From Sulfolobales archaeon (lineage in GTDB: Archaea > Thermoproteota > Thermoprotei_A > Sulfolobales > AG1), in NCBI GenBank assembly GCA_038867615.1, contig JAWBYA010000015.1, positions 1-14,937 on the forward strand: 14,937 bases of DNA, in the 5' to 3' direction. Positions within the stretch are counted from its first letter, which is position 1. Each line of letters starts with the position of its first letter. The notes beneath the pieces were generated by a model, which did not search any database, had not been told where the DNA came from, and saw only the letters and a program-made list of their open reading frames with translations. Shown here in pieces: positions 9,033 through 14,937 of this stretch. The position numbers were made by a program, and so were the translations under genes.

Positions 9033-9056
9033 AATGCTTTCGATGCCCTGAAAAAG

Positions 9057-9539
9057 CTATCTCTCTATCTTCTGGATCACTGCCTCGGCCATCTTGGTAT
9101 CGAGGAGGATCTTTCTCGGGCTTCTCCACGGGGATCTATCTGCTATGGTCTCTGCACCCTTCTCTAAAAGCTCCTTCTCAAGCCTCTGTGCAGCCCTCCT
9201 TATCAGTGGTAGCCCAGCCTCTGTAACCACTATTAGTGGGTCTTGCCCATCGACGTATATCGCTAGCCCCAGCTTCTCCAGCCTCTCACCTATTTTTCTA
9301 AAGTATTTAGCCCCTATACTCATCCCAAGCTCCCTAGAAATCGATATCTTCCTCACATACCCCCTCCTAGCTAGGAGCAGGATCACTGGTACTCCTCCCC
9401 TGACATCGCATGCTAGGGATACTATTGCCTCTACATCCGGGTCTACACCGCCAGCCTTCTCCCCCTCGATAGCTCCCTCACCTCCCTCCCAACAACGTAC
9501 TCTATGCCTCTGACCCTCATCAGCTGCATAGCATCCCAC
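9057..9539 (-). CDS. Probable winged helix-turn-helix DNA-binding protein
   Basis: The pattern VILLLARRG..ISISRELGMS..FRKIGERLEKLGLA..IVVTEAG matches a MarR/ArsR/PadR-like wHTH (L..LGL..wing..T..G). The start is uncertain because of a 97-nt overlap with the upstream gene. Confidence 0.65.
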   Translation of the reverse strand: MGCYAADEGQRHRVRCWEGGEGAIEGEKAGGVDPDVEAIVSLACDVRGGVPVILLLARRGYVRKISISRELGMSIGAKYFRKIGERLEKLGLAIYVDGQDPLIVVTEAGLPLIRRAAQRLEKELLEKGAETIADRSPWRSPRKILLDTKMAEAVIQKIER

Positions 9540-9709
9540 CTACTGATCTCACCAGATGCCACCATGTTCTCCAGGGCCCTGTATATCTCCTCCCTATCAA
9601 TCCAGTCCCCGGGGTCGAAGCCAGATGACACAACAAGCTCATAGACCGTTCGAGCCTCATCCTCACACCTCCTCACAATCCTCCTAATAGCCTCCTCAAC
9701 ATCTCCCAT
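9443..9709 (-). CDS. Hypothetical protein (88 aa, charged, helical)
   Basis: ATG with GAGGTG SD-like motif upstream. Codon use (AGG/GAG/ATA) matches the neighbours. It is the first gene of the minus-strand cluster. Confidence 0.75.
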   Translation of the reverse strand: MGDVEEAIRRIVRRCEDEARTVYELVVSSGFDPGDWIDREEIYRALENMVASGEISRWDAMQLMRVRGIEYVVGREVRELSRGRRLAV

Positions 9710-9769
9710 CTACCCACACCTCTCAAAATACAGTCTAGCATAAGGGTTAGATTCTGGATATTAGATCGA

Positions 9770-9777
9770 TTTATAAG
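9770..9777. promoter_or_regulatory. TATA box in divergent intergenic region
   Basis: TTTATAAG on the plus strand, about 25 nt before ATG 9802, a geometry that fits a leaderless transcript. It reads TTATAAA on the minus strand. Confidence 0.55.
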
Positions 9778-9801
9778 GCTGTTAAGAAATAACAATTGAT
9801 A

Positions 9802-11217
9802 ATGGGGATGGATATGTTGATTAGAAATGTGGGTGCTAGGATTGCTCCCATCCTCATCGTATCCCTGGTCATACTCTCCGCTATACAGGCTCCTCATAGG
9901 CAGGGGCTTATGCAGGGAGGGATCCAGGGTCTGTATTTCTATTCCGAGGAGGGCTCGTGGGTATCCCAGTTCACATTGAGAACTGGTACATATACATATC
10001 CGAATGGATCCACAATGGTTTATAACTATATCGATGTATCTCCATTCAGGGTCTTCGCATTGAGGGCGGCCGATCCTAGGTTCTCTAACTTCAGCATAGA
10101 GGCCAGCAGCGACTATATATCTCCACCCAACTCCCTAGAGCTTAGATTCGGCAGCGGGGTCTCCGAGGACTTCTCATTATATCTCGGGCTGCGTAGCGGG
10201 AGTGCACCCAACCTCTCCAACGGGATTGTATATGGTGCTGAGTTCTACATAAAGATCTCGGATCTCTATGTAGACCCGCAATACATCGATCCGAGTGGTG
10301 TTTCTAAGACGCTCCGCCTAACCCTCTCGATCTGCCCCCTAAGCTCTGTTACCATGAACATGTCTGCCTGCATAGTATACTCGGATATCTATATTATTGC
10401 TATATATAATGGTAGTGGCTATGTACTCCAGGTCTTTCCGGCACTAATCAACACAAAATATCAATATGAGCCCTATGTAAATATCCAGTATATGTTTAGG
10501 AAAGAGTATAACACAACCGTCGGCTCCTGGCTGAACCTCAGGCTATTGATGATCTACAACGCTTCTACCGGGAGAATCCTGGTGGCTGTCGAGGCCGATG
10601 GAAAGACTGTACAGGCTGTGCTGCTCAACCCCTTAGACCAGAGGTTCCTAGACCTCCTAGCCTCGGATCCAATTGCCGGGATAGGGTTTGAAATGTCCAA
10701 TGTAGTCCCATATCTCGCGGGGAACACAACCATCAGGATCGATGACTTCGGCCTCTTCTACGGAAAGGGGTGGTTCTCGGAGGAGGCACTGCTAGGATAT
10801 ACCCAGACCACCACAGAGTACTACCCGCCCCCACCAGCGACAACGACTAACACGCAGCAGCCAACGTGGACGTGGACGCCACCGCAGATCTATACTGTGA
10901 CTGTTACAGAGAGGGTCTATATAACCGTGCCAACCCCAGTATATATCACAGCATCATATCCATACACACCAATGCCCCAGTCAATACCGATGGCGACGGT
11001 CACCGCTACAGCGGCTGAGACAAAGACACAGTACATAACCGTTGAGAAGAGATACACAGAGGCGTTATCAACAACAACAATAACCATATCGAGGCTGATA
11101 ACACAGCAGATCCGGAGCGAGGGAGGAATAACAGACACAGGACTAATAATAGCCACAGCAATCACAGCAATCGCAATAATAACAGCATCAATGATCAGAA
11201 CAAGAAAGAAACAATAG
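9802..11217 (+). CDS. Secreted, C-terminally anchored surface glycoprotein with a possible ConA/LamG-like jelly-roll domain and Thr/Pro-rich stalk
   Basis: Signal peptide RIAPILIVSLVILSAIQA and 8 N-x-S/T sequons. GSWLNLRL..YNASTGRILVAVEADG and IRIDDFGL resemble ConA-like strands. A long Thr-rich linker precedes a TM helix and the basic tail RTRKKQ. The start lies in 9796-9814. Confidence 0.8.
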   Translation: MGMDMLIRNVGARIAPILIVSLVILSAIQAPHRQGLMQGGIQGLYFYSEEGSWVSQFTLRTGTYTYPNGSTMVYNYIDVSPFRVFALRAADPRFSNFSIEASSDYISPPNSLELRFGSGVSEDFSLYLGLRSGSAPNLSNGIVYGAEFYIKISDLYVDPQYIDPSGVSKTLRLTLSICPLSSVTMNMSACIVYSDIYIIAIYNGSGYVLQVFPALINTKYQYEPYVNIQYMFRKEYNTTVGSWLNLRLLMIYNASTGRILVAVEADGKTVQAVLLNPLDQRFLDLLASDPIAGIGFEMSNVVPYLAGNTTIRIDDFGLFYGKGWFSEEALLGYTQTTTEYYPPPPATTTNTQQPTWTWTPPQIYTVTVTERVYITVPTPVYITASYPYTPMPQSIPMATVTATAAETKTQYITVEKRYTEALSTTTITISRLITQQIRSEGGITDTGLIIATAITAIAIITASMIRTRKKQ

Positions 11218-11232
11218 AACCGGTTAGCGAGG

Positions 11233-11305
11233 CTGCGGTAATTACTGATACTGCGGTAATTACTGATACTGCGGTAATTACTGATACTGCGGTAATTACT
11301 GATAC
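11233..11305. repeat. Perfect tandem repeat, 4 x 18 bp (CTGCGGTAATTACTGATA)
   Basis: Units start at 11233, 11251, 11269 and 11287. Each contains the palindrome GTAATTAC. The array is intergenic and has no spacers. Confidence 0.97.
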
Positions 11306-11330
11306 GCTATGTGATTAATGTGGCATTTTA

Positions 11331-11338
11331 TTTATATA
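11331..11338 (+). promoter_or_regulatory. TATA box of the three-gene operon
   Basis: TTTATATA lies 31 nt before ATG 11370, with a GGTG SD-like motif at 11361-11364. Confidence 0.65.
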
Positions 11339-11369
11339 CCACGTTAGCAATGTATGTTTTGGTGGGTAG

Positions 11370-12050
11370 ATGATTAAAGATCTCCTCGGGTACAGGTTAA
11401 TCGATTCTCAATACCTATCTGCTTCACCACGGAGGGCTGAGCTGTTTGTGCAGGGGATACTCGCTGATCATTATAACGAGCTAAAAGCATACCTCTTCGA
11501 GCACGGATTTACATTGCTCGGCGAATTCCTCGAGAGCGATGTCGAGAAGGTATCATCTGTCTTCTCATATATTGCACTTACAGCTGCCCTACCACTACGG
11601 CTCGTGAAAATAGATAAAGATAACATAAAAAGGTTTGCGAGGAGAGCTACGGATGTTTATGAGTGGCTATATGGTACATATGAAAAGCAGCAACATGCTG
11701 CGACACATGTTAGTGTGTTCCTGAGGTTCTCACTAATGCGTGTTATAAATCTACTTGATATGCTGGCAGATGGGAAAATAGGCCCTGACGATATCAGGAG
11801 TATGGATGTCTACAACGCGTTCGTGGTCGGATCCTTTTTAAAGTCTGTAGCGATATGCGATATATACGAGAAGATCAGCAATTACATGGGGAGCGGGGGT
11901 TCATGCTTGCCACCAGATATAGCTATTTTGTTCTCGTACGCCCTGGGAGAGCCACTTACAAAGACGATCCCAGAGATAGTTAGTGTTAGGCTTGTGAAGT
12001 CAGATGTAGTGCTAAGGCTATATATTATTGACATGGGGGTGAGGAGATGA
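11370..12050 (+). CDS. Hypothetical protein (226 aa, mostly helical), apparent paralogue of the next gene
   Basis: Long ORF with an upstream TATA box and SD motif. Its stop overlaps the next start (ATGA at 12047-12050). No family motif was recognised. Confidence 0.85.
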   Translation: MIKDLLGYRLIDSQYLSASPRRAELFVQGILADHYNELKAYLFEHGFTLLGEFLESDVEKVSSVFSYIALTAALPLRLVKIDKDNIKRFARRATDVYEWLYGTYEKQQHAATHVSVFLRFSLMRVINLLDMLADGKIGPDDIRSMDVYNAFVVGSFLKSVAICDIYEKISNYMGSGGSCLPPDIAILFSYALGEPLTKTIPEIVSVRLVKSDVVLRLYIIDMGVRR

Positions 12051-12748
12051 TCGAGCTGAAGATACATGATATACTCAGGTATTCGTGGATAAGATTTGTT
12101 GATGATACAGATATATTTAGCATAACAGCGAAGGACAAGATCTTCTACACAGCACCGACCGATATATATTCCGCAGTGGTCAGGGATCTCTTCTTCGAAA
12201 CATCTCTACACCTACACAGGTATAAACTAGGTATGGTGGAGGGTGTGGGAGATGATCTGATATCAACGTTAAAGGACACATCGATAACAAAGACAGCCGG
12301 GCTCGCCATGGCAGCGGTATATTGCCTGATGAACCTCGGCGTTGCAAAATCCGTGGTCAGGGCTGACGAGCTTTTGAAGGAGGTTCTGTCGATCTACGAT
12401 GCACTCGGGGACTATAGGTATATATTCGATCGCAGGACGGGATTTGTTGTACCTATTCTTTCGAAGAAGGGGAGGGATGCCAGGGATAGTCTCAATATGC
12501 TGAGACTCGGCATAGCAATCAGATCACTTGTACTCGCGAACATGTTAAAAGAGACACTTTGGGAGAAACTCAGCATGGATCTCGGTGTGCTTGCACTCGA
12601 GCTATTGAATAGCCTAGTCAATAGCCCGACACCAAGGGTTAGGGATCTATTCAGGCACTATACATTCGAAATCAGGTTTAAAGACGAAAACAAAAGAAGA
12701 TTATATGCACATACATATATATTGAAACTAGCAACACAGCTGGGATAA
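12047..12748 (+). CDS. Hypothetical protein (233 aa, mostly helical), apparent paralogue of the previous gene
   Basis: ATGA overlap with the upstream gene and GGGGTGAGG SD motif. No family motif was recognised. Confidence 0.85.
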   Translation: MIELKIHDILRYSWIRFVDDTDIFSITAKDKIFYTAPTDIYSAVVRDLFFETSLHLHRYKLGMVEGVGDDLISTLKDTSITKTAGLAMAAVYCLMNLGVAKSVVRADELLKEVLSIYDALGDYRYIFDRRTGFVVPILSKKGRDARDSLNMLRLGIAIRSLVLANMLKETLWEKLSMDLGVLALELLNSLVNSPTPRVRDLFRHYTFEIRFKDENKRRLYAHTYILKLATQLG

Positions 12749-12795
12749 GCTTTGGACTTCAACAATAATTCGGCTTAATCTTTAGGGGTGGTTGG

Positions 12796-14916
12796 TTGAA
12801 GGGCCCAACTATATGTGTTGAGAGCCTCTCCGGATCCGCCGCTGAGAATCGACAGCCACTATGTGTTCCATTCAGAATAGACCCCGGGGTCACTCTTGTG
12901 CTTGCGGGGAATAGCTATGGTAAGTCCTTTGCCGCGAGGATCATCCACGAGATCTTCGCATATACAGGGAATCTACAGAGCAACGTCCTGGTCGAGGAGC
13001 ACAGGGTAGAGGTTGAGAAGGGTAAAGAGGTTACGGTGGCGAGGGTCAGGGTTCACAACCCAGGCGAGATCCTGGATCTCTTCAAGAGGTACATGCTCTT
13101 CAACTTCGACCAGGATAACCAGTACAGCGGTCTCGGGATCTTCGTATCTGAGGATGCGATGAGATATGTTGCTAGAAACAAACCAGCCCTTACAATGTTT
13201 CCGGAGACACCGAGCACGTTCCTTGATAGGATGATCGATGGTGCGTTGAAGACCTTCGATATTCTTGGATTCGATAAGGAAGCAAGTGCTAGGATTAAGA
13301 AACTGCTTGAGAGAAAGAAGAGGATATTAGATGCATTTGCAACAGAGCCAGGGAAGAGGAGGATAAAGCCACGGGACGCGGATGAGGTTGCTGCACAGAG
13401 ATTGCTTGAGGAGCTGAAGGAAGAGGCTGATGAGCTGAGCAATAGGTTGGATGAGCTTAGGTCTGAGCTCGCAGCGATATCCGAGATCGATATAAACACT
13501 ATATCGAGGGAGCTTGAGAGGAGGAAGATGAAACTTAACGAGCTGAGGAATGAGAAGAGAAGGATTGAGGAGGAGCTGAATAGCGTGGCATCGAAGCTCG
13601 GGATCAGCGTAGATTATAACAATCTGGGGGCATTCGCAGACACAGTATCTGTGTATAGATCTAGCATTGAAAAGAAGCGGAGGGAGATAGAGGAGGAGAT
13701 CACAACAGTAGAGTCTATAATGGCGAGGGTGAAAAATGCCTCGGACACGGTATCAAACATGGTTGGAAATGTTGTTATAGATGATAAGGAGAAGAGGGTA
13801 AAAATACCGCAGCTCGAGACAACGATTGCTGTGATCAAGAGTAAGATCAACGAGATATCGAACATAAAGCTATACGGTGGTGATGCTGAAACGATTAGCG
13901 ATGTTAAGAAAAGCATTGATGACGCTGCATCTATGTGCACAAAATATGGGGATGCATGCAGAGGTCTTGATTCACTTGCAACGTTATTAACAGTTGTTGC
14001 CGATATGCTGGGTAGAGCTGAGATAAATACCAGAGATCTTGACAATGCTGTGATCAGGCTGAGGTCAGCTGTTGATGATCTTGAGAAGGCTGCTGAGAGG
14101 CTTGGGAGAGAGCTGTACACAAAGATCTACAGGGATGTCATTGCAATCAAGAAGGAAGCCCAGATTGTGCTATCTAGCATCGAGACCGTGCTGTATTCGC
14201 TGAGGAATGAGAAGGGGAAGCTTGAGAGCAACAAGATCGATGTTGATGTCTCCTCACTGGTGGATAGATATAGCACGCTGACAACGGAGATCAGCAGGGT
14301 TGAGGAGGAGGTAAAGCGTCTCGAGGAGGAATATAGGAAAGCCCTAGCTAGTGCTAGCGATGACAGGAGGACGAGGATTGTGAATGAGATAGAGTCGATC
14401 GAGAGGAGGCTTAAAGAGATCGAGAGCCAGATAGCGAAGATCGAGGCTATGAGGTCACCGAAGGATGAGGAGGCAATAACAGATGAGGATCTCGGGAGCA
14501 TCAAATCATATGTGGACGGCTGTAAAGCTATATTCGAGAGGTTCTATGAGACGCTTCTGGCAAGATATATTGAGAGCAACAGGGAAAGGGTTCTCAGCCC
14601 GAGGATCATGAGCACGAGCACATATATATCGTACCTAGTATCTGTGTCGGTTGCGTTCAACTATCTCCTGAACCGCTTCCTATCAGACTATATAAGGATC
14701 CGCTGGGGCTTTGGCGAATCAATACCCCTGATCATCGACATACCAGCTGCATATGATACAGAGCATCTGAAGACCCTTGTAGAGCTGCTATACAGATACG
14801 CAGTCGAGAACAACGTGAGGGTATATATATTCTATGTCAGCGACAGGCCATTGGTGATCAATATAGGGAGTAAGGAGGAGCTGGATGAGGCTCTAAACAC
14901 CCTCCAGACGATCTAA
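12796..14916 (+). CDS. SMC/Rad50/SbcC-superfamily coiled-coil ABC ATPase-like protein with divergent motifs
   Basis: N-terminal P-loop GVTLVLAGNSYGKS, then two long heptad coiled-coil arms. The C-terminal signature position reads MSTST and the Walker B/D-loop reads PLIIDIPAAYDTEH. TTG start after GGGGTG. Confidence 0.85.
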   Translation: MKGPTICVESLSGSAAENRQPLCVPFRIDPGVTLVLAGNSYGKSFAARIIHEIFAYTGNLQSNVLVEEHRVEVEKGKEVTVARVRVHNPGEILDLFKRYMLFNFDQDNQYSGLGIFVSEDAMRYVARNKPALTMFPETPSTFLDRMIDGALKTFDILGFDKEASARIKKLLERKKRILDAFATEPGKRRIKPRDADEVAAQRLLEELKEEADELSNRLDELRSELAAISEIDINTISRELERRKMKLNELRNEKRRIEEELNSVASKLGISVDYNNLGAFADTVSVYRSSIEKKRREIEEEITTVESIMARVKNASDTVSNMVGNVVIDDKEKRVKIPQLETTIAVIKSKINEISNIKLYGGDAETISDVKKSIDDAASMCTKYGDACRGLDSLATLLTVVADMLGRAEINTRDLDNAVIRLRSAVDDLEKAAERLGRELYTKIYRDVIAIKKEAQIVLSSIETVLYSLRNEKGKLESNKIDVDVSSLVDRYSTLTTEISRVEEEVKRLEEEYRKALASASDDRRTRIVNEIESIERRLKEIESQIAKIEAMRSPKDEEAITDEDLGSIKSYVDGCKAIFERFYETLLARYIESNRERVLSPRIMSTSTYISYLVSVSVAFNYLLNRFLSDYIRIRWGFGESIPLIIDIPAAYDTEHLKTLVELLYRYAVENNVRVYIFYVSDRPLVINIGSKEELDEALNTLQTI

Positions 14917-14937
14917 ACAGCTAGTTTATATCCCCTG

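Noticed and set aside
11233-11305. Repeat array as a CRISPR array or a coding repeat
   Set aside because: The units are contiguous with no spacers and only 18 bp long, and no cas genes are present. One frame reads AVITDT repeats, but it has no evident start and is out of frame with the upstream gene.
13053-14504. Ser/Leu-rich minus-strand ORFs (148, 168 and 125 aa)
   Set aside because: They are the antisense reading of Glu/Arg/Lys-rich coiled-coil codons.
12796-14916. Calling this gene rad50 or smc
   Set aside because: There is no CxxC hook or hinge domain, no LSGG or hhhhDE motif, and no mre11/herA/nurA or recognisable scpAB neighbours. Only the superfamily is supported.
5991-14921. TAAACAGC after the stops at 5986 and 14916, with AAACAGC also near position 7
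   Set aside because: Only 7-8 bp long and expected by chance. There is no evidence for att sites or target-site duplications.
1-14937. Abundant short palindromes (GATC, CTAG, ATAT, AGCT)
   Set aside because: They appear throughout and follow from ATA/GAT/CTA codon preference. This is a genome-wide signature, not a local feature.

Overview
Archaeal DNA, most likely a hyperthermophilic crenarchaeon (Thermoprotei). This is inferred from AGG/ATA-rich codon use, GGTG-type Shine-Dalgarno motifs, TATA boxes and class III signal peptides. The window is densely coding, with about 13 genes in four blocks. (1) A minus-strand cluster of two type IV pilin-like genes, an ER-type (Ser/His) S26 signal peptidase and a small unknown gene, divergent from a 1322-aa membrane-anchored surface glycoprotein. 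(2) An XPB/Rad25-like SF2 helicase with no adjacent bax1. (3) A minus-strand cluster of a small protein, a winged-helix-like protein and a Ycf46-like AAA+ protein with a degenerate Walker B, divergent from a second anchored surface protein. (4) A perfect 4x18-bp palindrome-containing tandem repeat directly upstream of a three-gene operon: two ~230-aa proteins that look like distant paralogues, then a 706-aa SMC/Rad50-like coiled-coil ABC ATPase with degenerate motifs. Block 4 is the best candidate for an undescribed system. No rRNA, tRNA, CRISPR array, transposase or integrase was recognised. All family calls come from reading motifs by eye, not from database searches.
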